NCBI GenBank assembly: GCA_964556555.1
Contig: CAZKWP010000002.1
Coordinates: forward strand, 3,313-57,308
Direction of reading: 5' to 3'
Source: an uncultured Syntrophomonadaceae bacterium
GTDB lineage: Bacteria; Bacillota; Ch66; Ch109
DNA length: 53,996 bases
Made by a program: the position numbers and the translations under genes. This document shows positions 9,855-23,748 of the stretch, piece after piece. Position 1 is the stretch's first letter; every line of letters starts with the position of its first letter. The notes beneath the pieces are model-generated. The model had not been told where the DNA came from and made no database searches. It saw nothing but the letters and a program-made list of their open reading frames with translations.

Positions 9855-11297
9855 CTAAAGCCGTTCTTTGAGCAAACGGTTAACCGCGTCGGGGTTAGCT
9901 TTGCCCCGCGTCTGTTTCATCACCTGGCCGACCAAAAAGCCAAGCGCTTTTTCTTTGCCGTTTTTAAAGTCTTCAACCACCTTGGGATTGGCCATGATTA
10001 CCTCATCCACCTGCCGGGTCAGCGCTGATTCATCGGTGATCTGCACCAGGCCTTTTTCCTTAACGATCAGTTCCGGGGCTTCACCGGTTTTAAACATTTC
10101 TTCCAAAACGGTTTTGGCGATTTTGCCGCTGATCGTACCCTTGTCTATCAGCATAAGCAGCTCCGCTAGAAGCGGGGCGGTGACCTTCGAATCATTCAGT
10201 TCCAGGCTTTCCGCGTTCAGTAAGCGCAGCAGTTCCCCCATTATCCAGTTACTGACCACTTTCGGGTTGGGGTACAACTTACAGCAATGGTCGTAGTAAT
10301 CCGCCAGGGCGCGGGAATTGGTCAGCACCTGGGCGTCGTAGGGCGGGATTCCGTAATCCCGGATGAACCGTTCCTGCCGGGCATCGGGCAGTTCTGGCTG
10401 CTGCTGCCGCAAATCCTCTACCCAGGCACGGTCGATCACCAGCGGCAGCAGATCCGGCTCCGGGAAATACCGGTAGTCGTGAGCCTGCTCTTTGCTGCGC
10501 ATCGACAGGGTAATTCCCTTCCCCTCGTCCCAGGTCCGCGTCTCCTGGACGATGGATTCGCCATCCTCCAGTGCTTCGATCTGACGCACAATCTCGTACT
10601 CCACCGCCCGCTGCAGGGAACGGAAGGAATTCATATTCTTGACTTCCGCCTTGGTGCCTAAGGTCAGGCTCCCTTTCGGCCGCACCGAGACATTGGCGTC
10701 GCACCGCAAAGAACCCTCTTCCATCTTGCAGTCGGAAACCTCCAGATACTCTAAGATCGCTTTGAGTTTTTCCATGTAAGCCCGGGCTTCTTCCCCTGAA
10801 CGCATATCCGGCTCGGACACGATTTCAATCAAAGGCACCCCGGTCCGGTTATAGTCGACCAGCGAGTATTCTGAACTGGAGATGGTTTCTCCCTGATGCA
10901 CCAGTTTGCCGGCATCCTCTTCCATATGCACCCGGGTGATCCCAATCTTTTTCGGCTGACCCTCCAGCTCGATCTCCAGATACCCCTCCTTACAAATCGG
11001 TAAGTCGTACTGGGACACCTGAAAGTTTTTGGGCAGGTCCGGATAGTAGTAATTCTTGCGGTCAAACTTGCTGAACTCGGCAATCTGGCAGTTTAATGCC
11101 AAACCAGTCTTAATGGCGTAGTCAACCACTTTGCGGTTTAAGACCGGCAAAACCCCGGGCAGGCCCAGGCAAACCGGGCAGACGTGGGTGTTGCTCTCCC
11201 CGCCGAATGCAGTCGGACAGGCACAAAATATTTTGGACTGGGTCTTCAGCTCGGCATGGACTTCCAGCCCAATTACGGCTTCGTACTCAGTGGTCAC
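9855..11297 (-). CDS. gatB: Asp-tRNA(Asn)/Glu-tRNA(Gln) amidotransferase subunit B
   Basis: [20 protein letters not shown] and [13 protein letters not shown] are canonical GatB. 480 aa. It follows gatC-gatA. Confidence 0.95.
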   Translation of the reverse strand: MTTEYEAVIGLEVHAELKTQSKIFCACPTAFGGESNTHVCPVCLGLPGVLPVLNRKVVDYAIKTGLALNCQIAEFSKFDRKNYYYPDLPKNFQVSQYDLPICKEGYLEIELEGQPKKIGITRVHMEEDAGKLVHQGETISSSEYSLVDYNRTGVPLIEIVSEPDMRSGEEARAYMEKLKAILEYLEVSDCKMEEGSLRCDANVSVRPKGSLTLGTKAEVKNMNSFRSLQRAVEYEIVRQIEALEDGESIVQETRTWDEGKGITLSMRSKEQAHDYRYFPEPDLLPLVIDRAWVEDLRQQQPELPDARQERFIRDYGIPPYDAQVLTNSRALADYYDHCCKLYPNPKVVSNWIMGELLRLLNAESLELNDSKVTAPLLAELLMLIDKGTISGKIAKTVLEEMFKTGEAPELIVKEKGLVQITDESALTRQVDEVIMANPKVVEDFKNGKEKALGFLVGQVMKQTRGKANPDAVNRLLKERL

Positions 11298-11366
11298 GTC
11301 AAATCACCTCAACAAACATCTATTTCTCGCGTTGCGCTCGCTAAGGCCTTTCGCCGGCGCGGCAGC

Positions 11367-12836
11367 TTAGCCCAAGTTGGGCTTTTGTTTATACCAGTCC
11401 GTGCTTTGCTCATATGCGTGGGCTGCCTGCAGCAGGGTCCCCTCGCCAAACGGACGGCCAATCAGCTGCAAGCCGACCGGCAGGTTTTGGGCAAAGCCGG
11501 CGGGAATCGAAATACCCGGCAGGCCCGCCAGATTAACCGGGATGGTGCAGACGTCGGTTAAATACATGGCTATCGGATCCTCCTTGTCCCCAAAACGAAA
11601 AGCCGTAATGGGGGCGGTGGGGGAAACCAGCAGGTCATATTTTTCAAAAGCCAGGTCAAACTCCCGTTTAATCAGGGTCCTGACCTTCAAGGCTTTCAGG
11701 TAGTAGGCATCGTAATAACCCGAACTCAGGGCGTAGGTGCCAAGCATTATGCGGCGCTTTACCTCGGAGCCAAACCCCTCGACCCGGGTATTCTGAAACA
11801 TGGAGATGATGTCTTCAGCCTGGCTGGATCGGTGTCCGTAACGCACCCCGTCGTAACGGGCCAAATTGGAACTGGCCTCGGCCGGGGCGATTAAATAATA
11901 GGCCGGCAAGGCATACTCGGTATGCGGCAGATTCGTTTCTTCACAAATGGCGCCCAGGTCTTCCAGTTTGGCCAAGGCCTTTTTAATTACAGAATCCACT
12001 TCTGAATCGAGCCCTGGACCAAAGTACTCCCGCGGTACCCCAATCTTTAACCCTTTCAGGTCCTTATTCAAAAAAGCTGTATAATCAGGCACTTCGACCG
12101 GGGCCGAAGTCGAGTCTTTCGGGTCATAACCGGCGATAGCGTTTAAGACCAAGGCGCAATCGGTTACATCCTTGGTCAGGGGACCGATCTGATCGAGTGA
12201 GGAGGCATAGGCCACCAAGCCGTAGCGGGAAACGCGTCCATAGGTGGGCTTTAGACCGACCACGCCGCAAAAAGCCGCAGGCAGCCGAATCGAGCCACCA
12301 GTATCGGAACCTAGAGCAAAAATGACTTCATCCGCAGCCACGGCAGCAGCGGAGCCGCCGCTGGAACCGCCGGGCACCCGGCCTAAATCCCAGGGATTAG
12401 CCGTGGCAAAAAAGCCGGAATTCTCCGTCGAAGAACCCATTGCAAATTCGTCCATATTAGCCTTGCCGACCAGGCTGGTCCCGGCCTGGATTAACCGTTC
12501 AGCCACCGTAGAGTCGTACGGCGGAATGAAATTTCCTAAAATCTTGGAAGCGCAGGTAGTGCGGATTCCGCGGGTACACATGTTGTCTTTTAAGGCCATG
12601 GGAATGCCGTTTAACGGATTGGCTATGACGGGAGTATGGCCGGCGGATGCGGGTGTGGTTTGGCCCACTGGAGCAGCCCCAGCTGCGTCTGCGGTCAAGG
12701 TGATAAAAGCCTTAACCTTCGGTTCCACCTGCTCAATCTGGTCGAGACAATCGTTTAATACTTCGCTGGCCTGAACCTCACCCGACTGCAGCAATTCCCG
12801 TAAGTTATGAATACACAATTGATTTAGATTTGCCAA
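11367..12836 (-). CDS. gatA: Glu-tRNA(Gln) amidotransferase subunit A (amidase signature family)
   Basis: Amidase signature [13 protein letters not shown] and [18 protein letters not shown]. The ORF opens at GTG 12845, but that codon abuts AAGGAG. The TTG at 12836 has 9-nt spacing, so I prefer it; the start remains uncertain. Confidence 0.9.
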   Translation of the reverse strand: MANLNQLCIHNLRELLQSGEVQASEVLNDCLDQIEQVEPKVKAFITLTADAAGAAPVGQTTPASAGHTPVIANPLNGIPMALKDNMCTRGIRTTCASKILGNFIPPYDSTVAERLIQAGTSLVGKANMDEFAMGSSTENSGFFATANPWDLGRVPGGSSGGSAAAVAADEVIFALGSDTGGSIRLPAAFCGVVGLKPTYGRVSRYGLVAYASSLDQIGPLTKDVTDCALVLNAIAGYDPKDSTSAPVEVPDYTAFLNKDLKGLKIGVPREYFGPGLDSEVDSVIKKALAKLEDLGAICEETNLPHTEYALPAYYLIAPAEASSNLARYDGVRYGHRSSQAEDIISMFQNTRVEGFGSEVKRRIMLGTYALSSGYYDAYYLKALKVRTLIKREFDLAFEKYDLLVSPTAPITAFRFGDKEDPIAMYLTDVCTIPVNLAGLPGISIPAGFAQNLPVGLQLIGRPFGEGTLLQAAHAYEQSTDWYKQKPNLG

Positions 12837-12872
12837 GGGTTCCACTCCTTCAAGCCTGATTCATGGATTAAA

Positions 12873-13157
12873 CTAAACAATCCGGGGTACCTTGAAAAGC
12901 CCCTCAACCCGGTCCGGCGCATTTTGCAGCGCTAACTCTCGATCCAGACAAGCGCCCGCTTTATCTTCCCGAAACACATTATTTAAGGGCAGCACGTGCG
13001 CCATCGGTTCAACGTCCGAGGTGTCGAGTTTGTCCAAAATCCGGGCATGCTCCAGAATGGAATTCAACTGGGCGGTATACTGTTCCTGCTCCGTTTCGGT
13101 CAGTTTCAGCCGGCCTAACCGGGCCACGTACTCTACCTGTTCTCTGGTAATTAACAT
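12873..13157 (-). CDS. gatC: Glu-tRNA(Gln) amidotransferase subunit C
   Basis: 94 aa. MLITREQVEYVARLGRLKLTE...LDT..VEPM is typical GatC. It lies immediately upstream of gatA. Confidence 0.9.
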   Translation of the reverse strand: MLITREQVEYVARLGRLKLTETEQEQYTAQLNSILEHARILDKLDTSDVEPMAHVLPLNNVFREDKAGACLDRELALQNAPDRVEGLFKVPRIV

Positions 13158-13237
13158 AAAAAATGGACACCTGACGCCCGCTGGATGCTAGGGCAATCGG
13201 CATCCTTCCCCCTTCCGGAACTAGCGCTATCTTTCAA

Positions 13238-13266
13238 ATTATAGCAAACCCTTATCCCGGTAGCAA
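13238..13266 (-). promoter_or_regulatory. Candidate sigma-A promoter for gatCAB
   Basis: Minus strand reads TTGCTA, a 17-nt spacer, then TATAAT, with TGc immediately upstream of the -10 (extended -10). It sits about 80 nt upstream of the gatC ATG. Confidence 0.5.
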
Positions 13267-13349
13267 CGCAGGAAACGCGCAGTGTCGTCATCCTGCAGTT
13301 AAGAATACAAAATTCATTTCCTAATTATTATCATTCATTAAGAATAAGA

Positions 13350-14207
13350 TTATAAACTTTTGGAAAAAAGCCCTTTGGCTTTTAATTCGGTAATGGCTGT
13401 TCGCACAAAATCTTTGCGCACCATCAGGAAATCCACCAGCGCATCCTGCTCTTCCTCGTAAATCCCCCACTGCAGGGGGATGTCGCTAAACAAAGACTCA
13501 ATCTGCTCGCGCTGCAGACTTTCAATGCGGGCCAAGGGCTCGGAGAATACATCCCCCTCCATTAAATCAGCTAAAAAGCGATAAAAAAAGCCAAACAAAG
13601 GCTCAACCGGCAGGGCAGTGCTACGCAACACTTCCACGGTCCATTCCGGGCCTTGAAACGCGTGACCGTGGTCAATCAGCAGCAGACAATCGGGGTCATT
13701 CCGAATGTACAACACATTGTCCCCGTGATTCGCCCGGTCCCAGTTGTTGATCAGGTGATCGAAAACGATGATTAAACCAAACAGCTGCGGATTATTCAGT
13801 TTGGCCATCATTGATTTGGTAGGGTTGGCAAAGGCGTTTTCATAGAAGCGGCTGCCAAACTGCAGACCGCCGACAAACGGGTATCTAGCCATGTCGGGTT
13901 CGGCGTCAATGAAGGCCTGGGGAACCCGGACGATCTCAAACTCCACCACCGGCACCCCGAGTAAAACCGCCAAACGCGAGGCCACCAACTCATTGGCCAA
14001 TACGCGGGGACCTTGTTGATTCCCCTTAAACTTAACGACGTACTCGTGTCCATCGTCAAACAGGATCAGCTGCGCTTTAGAGCCGCTGCCTTCTAAACGC
14101 CGAAGGTGTCTGCGGGCTACCGGGACCGGTTCGTAATTAGGGAACGGCTGGTTGAGTTTACGGGCCCAGTTATTCGGCTGCACCGTTGGTTCGTTAACCA
14201 CTGACAT
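13350..14207 (-). CDS. HipA-like / PI3-PI4-kinase-fold protein kinase family protein
   Basis: FDHLINNWDRANHGDNVLY ... LLLIDHGHAF resembles the catalytic-loop and Mg-binding (DxG) arrangement of HipA-type kinases. 285 aa. No HipB-like HTH gene lies next to it. Confidence 0.5.
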   Translation of the reverse strand: MSVVNEPTVQPNNWARKLNQPFPNYEPVPVARRHLRRLEGSGSKAQLILFDDGHEYVVKFKGNQQGPRVLANELVASRLAVLLGVPVVEFEIVRVPQAFIDAEPDMARYPFVGGLQFGSRFYENAFANPTKSMMAKLNNPQLFGLIIVFDHLINNWDRANHGDNVLYIRNDPDCLLLIDHGHAFQGPEWTVEVLRSTALPVEPLFGFFYRFLADLMEGDVFSEPLARIESLQREQIESLFSDIPLQWGIYEEEQDALVDFLMVRKDFVRTAITELKAKGLFSKSL

Positions 14208-14346
14208 CCCGCTTCACCATCCCCTCCTGCCGTTGATCCCGCTTAAGCCTCGAGCCTAAATTTTCTATTTCGGTTCGGTTTAAACCTAGTTTAACTCGGT
14301 TTTAACTTAATTTAAACCCGGTTTTCCTTTTTAACTTTTGACCTTT

Positions 14347-14856
14347 TTAACTCGTGGCCGCCAAAAATTTGGGGGGCAGGGGCTGATAGCCCATAGCGGA
14401 TACCGCCTGGTCGATCGTCTGCAGCCCGGGGATGATCATCTGCTTCGACACGCCATGCGCCAGGTATTTGCCGTTTTCGTCAATCACGGCAGCCTCGGCA
14501 ATGCAAATATTGCGGCCGGCTTTGATCCGCTTGCCCTCAACAATCAAATGCCCGTCCTTAACCGGGGATAAATTATCTACTTTCAAATCGAGGGAAATTA
14601 AGCCGGCGTTTTCCACCACTTCGCAGTAAACCGCCCAATAAGCGGCCGTGTCGATAAGAGAAGAATAGACCCCGCCATGAATTCCGCCAAACGGATTAAG
14701 GTGTTTCGTATCCAGGTCGACTTCTACCCGGGAAAAACCCTTGCCCATTTCCCGCACTTCCATGGCGAGCAACCTAAAGTAAGGACCCTGATTGATTAAG
14801 TCCAGTACCGCTTTAATGTGCTCGGGATTCAGTTTACGCAACTTAAACACCTCCAA
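14347..14856 (-). CDS. PaaI/4HBT-family hotdog-fold thioesterase
   Basis: NPFGGIHGGVYSSLIDTAAYWAV is the PaaI-type motif. 169 aa. Confidence 0.75.
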   Translation of the reverse strand: MEVFKLRKLNPEHIKAVLDLINQGPYFRLLAMEVREMGKGFSRVEVDLDTKHLNPFGGIHGGVYSSLIDTAAYWAVYCEVVENAGLISLDLKVDNLSPVKDGHLIVEGKRIKAGRNICIAEAAVIDENGKYLAHGVSKQMIIPGLQTIDQAVSAMGYQPLPPKFLAATS

Positions 14857-14939
14857 ATAAAAAGAATATTTTGAATATAAATCAGAAATTAATAGTTAAT
14901 TATTAAACCAAATTATTAAAACCAAACTAATTTTAAAAC

Positions 14940-15551
14940 TCACCCTTTTTTGATTAAACCTTGGGCCACCGTCTCGTGGAAAGAAACGACCATCTCGATC
15001 ATCTCTTCCTTGGTTATGGCTTTTAAGACGATCCATTTGTACAGCATGAATTTTTCCATGGCCAGGATGGCGTGGGCCAGCGGCGGGACCGGGACCGGGT
15101 TAAAGGCCCCTTTGCGAATGCCGTATTCAATATTGCGGGTGGCGAAATCGATCAGTTTATCTTCAAATTGCTTCAAACAGAGGTCAATTGGTTCACTGGC
15201 CCCGGCGACGCGGCTGTAAATTTCCGAAAGTTTTTCGTTTTGGGCAAACACCTCCATCATCACCCGTTTGGTTTCAACAAATCGGGTATAGATATCGGTT
15301 TCCTGCGTGTAGTAATTATTAACCTTAAAAATGATTTCATCCGCGAACTCTTCCAGCAAGGCCTTTAAGATGTCTTCCTTGTCTACAAAATAATTGTAAA
15401 AAGTGCCGGTGCCAAAACCGGATTTAAGGATGATCTCCCGCACCGGGGTGTCGAAATACCCCTTTTCCGCAAAAAGATCGGTGGCGCACTCCAGCAGGCG
15501 CAGTCTTCTTTCTTTGTTCTGTTTCAGTTTGGAGATCGGCATGGTGGTCAT
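14940..15551 (-). CDS. TetR/AcrR-family transcriptional regulator
   Basis: N-terminal HTH LLECATDLFAEKGYFDTPVREIILKSGFGTGTFYNYF. 203 aa. Confidence 0.85.
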   Translation of the reverse strand: MTTMPISKLKQNKERRLRLLECATDLFAEKGYFDTPVREIILKSGFGTGTFYNYFVDKEDILKALLEEFADEIIFKVNNYYTQETDIYTRFVETKRVMMEVFAQNEKLSEIYSRVAGASEPIDLCLKQFEDKLIDFATRNIEYGIRKGAFNPVPVPPLAHAILAMEKFMLYKWIVLKAITKEEMIEMVVSFHETVAQGLIKKG

Positions 15552-15558
15552 CGCCCCC

Positions 15559-15576
15559 TGAATGTACGCACGTTCA
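15559..15576. promoter_or_regulatory. Imperfect 18-bp palindrome just upstream of the tetR start (candidate operator)
   Basis: TGAATGTACGCACGTTCA matches its own reverse complement at 14 of 18 positions. It overlaps the RBS region of the TetR gene. Confidence 0.35.
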
Positions 15577-15593
15577 CTTATATAATAAACCCA

Positions 15594-16217
15594 TTATACT
15601 GGAATGTCAAACAAAGGAATTCGACATGAACCTTGTTTTAACGCCTGGATCAGGTCGGCCAGATTTTTAATCTCCGGCTCGAAAATGGTGTAAGCCAGGC
15701 CGACCTCAACGGCCGTGTGCGCATCACTGCCCCCCACCATGGGCAGTCCCATGGATTTGGCTAAAGCCGCGGCTTCCTGCATTTCCTCAACCGTACACCG
15801 GGTATTCCAGGCCTCGACAGCTGTTAAACCCTTCAGTTTCGCCATCCTCCAGCCGCCCGAGTGCGCTTCGCCTTTGCGAAAAGGGTGCGCCGCGATTACC
15901 GCTCCGCCCAGGTCATTCACGTAATCGATCAGCTCCTGGGCATCAAGGCGGCCGGTCAGCACCAGACTGTTCCAGACATCGTCCTGCACCCCCAAAAGGG
16001 TGAAATGCCCCATACTTGTCGAAGCTTCCGCCCCCCGCAGCACTAACAAATCACGGCCGGCCGCCAGTTCCTCCAAAGGAGCGCTGCTTAAATAACTATG
16101 GTGGTCAGTTATGCAGATAGCATCCATACCGTGCCGCTCCCCCCACATAAACAGCTGTTCCGACTTAGCGGTGCAGTCGTATGAATACCGGGAATGTACG
16201 TGGAGATCAATTTTAAT
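15594..16217 (-). CDS. PHP-domain metal-dependent phosphoesterase
   Basis: The frame stays open upstream of the listed Met and encodes IDLHVHSRYSYDC (the PHP motif-I histidines), then ITDHH and GGSDAH. Between the upstream TAG and this motif there is no ATG, GTG or TTG. The best candidate start is ATT at 16217, after GGGAGGA. Confidence 0.7.
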   Translation of the reverse strand: MKIDLHVHSRYSYDCTAKSEQLFMWGERHGMDAICITDHHSYLSSAPLEELAAGRDLLVLRGAEASTSMGHFTLLGVQDDVWNSLVLTGRLDAQELIDYVNDLGGAVIAAHPFRKGEAHSGGWRMAKLKGLTAVEAWNTRCTVEEMQEAAALAKSMGLPMVGGSDAHTAVEVGLAYTIFEPEIKNLADLIQALKQGSCRIPLFDIPV

Positions 16218-16480
16218 GGTCCTCCCGCCCCTCTAAAAGCTAATGCTAAAAATTGATCCAATTCTTACTAATTTTATTCTGACACGCTGCTGTAATGAAT
16301 CGGATAAATGACCGGTAAAACAGCACAGCGAATATGGCTCCATAATTCAAATAAAAGCGGCTCCAATTTCAATTTGCAGATAAGGTTTGCCCCAATTATA
16401 CTAGCCAAGGCTATGAATTAAAAAGAATTTAACAAAACTTAACTTAACGCTTTTTAAATTCCCAATCAAATAGTCCTGCC

Positions 16481-18250
16481 TCACCGGCGACCAAACAGTT
16501 CGGACCAGCGTTCCGAGACCCGCTGGACTATTTCCGGATCAGGGATCAGTTCCCCGGGATACGCAGGCTTCATGCGGGCGTCAATCACGATCGGCCCCTG
16601 ATAACAGAGCTTATTCTGCTGCACCATTCGGTCGGCATAAAGGTCAAAAGCGGGATCGAACCGGGTAAAGACCGTCCAGAGAAATTCAGTTTGGTCAATG
16701 ATTTTATCCACATCGTCCAGCAGGATGACCAAAGGCCAATCTTTAATCAAAGCGCCGCCGTCTCGCACCAGGGTCCCCGCCAGTTCCGGATCCTCAGTGA
16801 AAGCAGCCCCGGAAACGAGCAAACACCCGCCGCAATACGGTTTTATCTTTTGAATTCCCGGCAACGTACCGCCCCGATACTCTCGCGGCAGTTGACGGAT
16901 GGCCTTTCCTAAGCCGGTCATAATGGCCTTGCTGCCTTTATTAAACTTGCGCCCGGTATAATCGAGCGTGTCCATGGAGGTATCGTTGATGATAAGCAGG
17001 TCCTGTTCCGGTTTAAACCGCTCTAAAACCCGCTCCAGGAGTTCCGTAAAATTGCTCAGGTCGCAAGGGACATCGGTAACGACTAAGAATTTGGTTAGGG
17101 ACAGCTGCCCCTCGCCCAAGATGCGGAAGGCATGGGCCAGGGCTTCCCGGTAGTAGCTCTCCCGCACCACGGCCGCGGCCAGGGAATGAAACCCGGTTTC
17201 CGCGTAAGTCCAAAGAGCCTTGACCCCTGGCATGAGCACGGGAAAGATGGGCGAGACCAGGCTTTGAAAGTATTCGCCGATATAATAATCTTCCTGCCGT
17301 GGCCGGCCTACCACCGTGGCCGGATAAATGGCATCCTGGCGATGATAAATGTTTTGCACGTTAAATACCGGGAAATCATGCACCACCGAGTAGTAGCCGT
17401 AGTGATCGCCAAACGGCCCTTCCGGCCGGCGCACTCCCGGGGGAACCTCCCCGACTAAGGCAAATTCCGCTTCCGCAATCAGGGCGTGAGCGTGGTTTTC
17501 CACTTCCGCGACCTTTAATTTTTCTCCCATTAAAAAGGAAGCAAAGAGCAGTTCCGGCACCATCTCCGGTAAAGCGGCAATCGCCGATAGGGTTAAGGCC
17601 GGCGGCCCGCCCAAAAAGACGGTTACCGGCAGGGAACGGCCCAGTTCTTCCGCCGCGTGGTGGTGAAAGCCGCCGCCCTTGTGGATCTGCCAATGCATGC
17701 CAGTCTGATTGGCGGAAAAAAACTGGACGCGGTACATTCCCAGGTTATGCTGCTTTGTTTCGGGGTGCTCAGTGTAAACGAGCGGAAGGGTAAGAAACCG
17801 ACCGCCGTCTTCCGGCCAGCTCTTCAGGGCTGGCAACTGCTGCAAATCCACCCGTCCCGTGCCCTGCTGCGCTTCCAAAACCGGAGCTTTGGAACGGGGC
17901 ACCGTTCTTATCCCGACTTTAGTCAGTTCTCGCAGCCAATCCCGCTCTGGCCACAGGGTGGCCAGCTTAGGAGGCAGCAATTGGTCCAGGGCTTTAATCG
18001 CCCGGTTGATAATCATTTCCGGTTTGGGCCCGATGGCCAAGTCGACCCGGCGCCTCGTCCCGAAGAGGTTGGTAGCCACGGGAAAAGCGCTGCCTTTAAC
18101 GTTAGTAAACAGTAAGGCCGGTCCCTGCTCAGCCACCACCCGCCGGTGAATTTCCGCTAATTCTAAAACCGGATCGACCGGCGCTGATACTTCGATGATC
18201 TCTTTTTCTTTTTCCAAGACCGACATGAAACTCCGCAGACTCTGGTGCAT
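16481..18250 (-). CDS. UbiD-family (prenylated-FMN-dependent) decarboxylase
   Basis: N-terminus LRSFMSVLEKEKEIIEVSAPVDP.LELAEI, and the overall UbiD pattern extends across 589 aa. The length suggests the long menaquinone-type subgroup, but this is unverified. Confidence 0.8.
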   Translation of the reverse strand: MHQSLRSFMSVLEKEKEIIEVSAPVDPVLELAEIHRRVVAEQGPALLFTNVKGSAFPVATNLFGTRRRVDLAIGPKPEMIINRAIKALDQLLPPKLATLWPERDWLRELTKVGIRTVPRSKAPVLEAQQGTGRVDLQQLPALKSWPEDGGRFLTLPLVYTEHPETKQHNLGMYRVQFFSANQTGMHWQIHKGGGFHHHAAEELGRSLPVTVFLGGPPALTLSAIAALPEMVPELLFASFLMGEKLKVAEVENHAHALIAEAEFALVGEVPPGVRRPEGPFGDHYGYYSVVHDFPVFNVQNIYHRQDAIYPATVVGRPRQEDYYIGEYFQSLVSPIFPVLMPGVKALWTYAETGFHSLAAAVVRESYYREALAHAFRILGEGQLSLTKFLVVTDVPCDLSNFTELLERVLERFKPEQDLLIINDTSMDTLDYTGRKFNKGSKAIMTGLGKAIRQLPREYRGGTLPGIQKIKPYCGGCLLVSGAAFTEDPELAGTLVRDGGALIKDWPLVILLDDVDKIIDQTEFLWTVFTRFDPAFDLYADRMVQQNKLCYQGPIVIDARMKPAYPGELIPDPEIVQRVSERWSELFGRR

Positions 18251-18437
18251 GGTTACCGCCCTTCCTGAAAACTAATCCCCTGTTTTACCCCACTTTGATA
18301 GTTCACCAATAAAACAATTATGAGTTATTAATATTAATCTGAATCAATTACCACCTATTTAATCATTACTGTATTTGTCGGATTAATTATCATCATATCA
18401 ATTATCCTTTAACAACCGGTGCCCAAGCGCTGTAATA

Positions 18438-18839
18438 TCAGCTGTCGGTTAATGAGTTGAGCAATTCTTTTACCGCGACTGTACAATTATTTAGGAGAGT
18501 TTGCAGTTCCCCGCCAGTCGCCTGCTCGATGTGAATGCCCGCTGTAACCACCGTTGTCTGACCGGTGGCGCGGCAAATCATTTCCGCGGCTGGGCGGGCC
18601 GCTTCCGCATCCTTATGACCAGGCACGGGCAGAATCCAGGAATCACAACCGATTCCCGCTCCGGTCAGACTGGCGCGCGGCACACTCAGAACTACCGCCC
18701 CTACATGGGGCTTTTCTCCCCCAGTAAGCAAAACTGAAATGCCCTCCCCGGTAAGAGTCGCGATGATTCCCACCCGATACCGGCCGGTGCCGGCCGTCGC
18801 GCAGACTGTTTTCAAGGCCAAAATTTTGCGCGTTTCCAT
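18438..18839 (-). CDS. Small UbiD-associated protein (possibly an LpdD-like accessory or prFMN chaperone)
   Basis: 133 aa, starting at the ATG after GAGGGGG. It has a Gly-rich GGEKPHVGAVV motif. It lies directly downstream of ubiD on the same strand. The family assignment is tentative. Confidence 0.35.
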   Translation of the reverse strand: METRKILALKTVCATAGTGRYRVGIIATLTGEGISVLLTGGEKPHVGAVVLSVPRASLTGAGIGCDSWILPVPGHKDAEAARPAAEMICRATGQTTVVTAGIHIEQATGGELQTLLNNCTVAVKELLNSLTDS

Positions 18840-18984
18840 GCTTAACCCCCTCACCCGGCAGCAAGCCGCTTTTCCTTTAAAGCAAAAATAAAAAATACTG
18901 ATATAAGAATACGGTAGTCCTTACTTTTTCGCAAGGGCAGGTACCATAACCAAAAATCAAATGATCAAAAGGATAGATTTATAC

Positions 18985-19018
18985 GAAGCGGACACCCCTT
19001 CGACAAAGTGTCCGCTTC
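18985..19018. terminator. 11-bp GC-rich hairpin downstream of the membrane-protein gene
   Basis: GAAGCGGACAC-12 nt-GTGTCCGCTTC. The flanking T-run is weak in both orientations. Confidence 0.4.
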
Positions 19019-19061
19019 TTCCCCTAATTTATATCATTTTTAGATTCTTCTTAACAAATGT

Positions 19062-19496
19062 TTACTTATTTTGATTTATTTTAAAGAACCAGCGGATAAA
19101 CTGGCGGCTTATATAAAAGGTAACAATGAGGGTTATCCAGGTATACGCTTCATTCCAGTGGATGTACTCAATCAAATCGGTGTAGCGTTCCAGGAGCGAC
19201 TCCGCCGCGGTTATGACCGTACAATACAGGATGTAGTAAAATGCCCGGACATAGGCGGGCTTATCCTCCGGGAAATGGGTGTTGAAAATGGCACAGATGG
19301 CCGGATAAAAGAAAAACTCGAACGTAAAGCTAGCCTTGGTGGTATTTGCCACATATAACCCCATCGGCCAGGTTAAAAACTCTTTAAAGAGAAAAGCTAC
19401 GATAGCTAAACGAATTTTATCTTTCGGGATCAGTAAGACTAGACTAATCGCGGTGGCTATCCAGGTAAAATAGAGAATCGCTTTTTCGACTGACAT
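19062..19496 (-). CDS. Small integral membrane protein of unknown function
   Basis: 144 aa with about 4 hydrophobic segments (ILYFTWIATAISLVLLI, LAIVAFLF..., FFFYPAICAIF, YTWITLIVTFYI). No recognisable catalytic motif. Confidence 0.5.
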   Translation of the reverse strand: MSVEKAILYFTWIATAISLVLLIPKDKIRLAIVAFLFKEFLTWPMGLYVANTTKASFTFEFFFYPAICAIFNTHFPEDKPAYVRAFYYILYCTVITAAESLLERYTDLIEYIHWNEAYTWITLIVTFYISRQFIRWFFKINQNK

Positions 19497-19649
19497 GATG
19501 TCATCATTCCCTTCTTGGGACTGACCTTATTTTACCCAATTAATGTCTTAATAATCCATATCCGCACTTAACCGTTTACTCCTCCCAATTTATTGGTTTG
19601 CGGTTACCATAGATTGTCCCAGCGCACGAAATTCGCCTGCTCCTGACGA

Positions 19650-23565
<3,916 letters not shown>

Positions 23566-23748
23566 TGTCGGTACCCTTTCGCTCCATTTCACAGATTCTC
23601 TGAACTGACGCTTAAAAGATTATCTTGGCTCAAAGTTTTTAATCCTCGAACTCGGGCTTTTACTTTTTTCGTTTCTGAGTTACAAGCTCTAGCTCAGAGC
23701 TTGTAAGCGTTTAGATATATATTACTTTCAATTAACACTTTAAAATCT

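Noticed and set aside
13158-13237. A T-box or other leader element upstream of gatC (and likewise upstream of asnB, 27311-27624)
   Set aside because: No specifier-loop or T-box (AAnnnGGGUGGUACCGCG-like) sequence is present, and the leaders are short or unstructured apart from one 6-bp hairpin.
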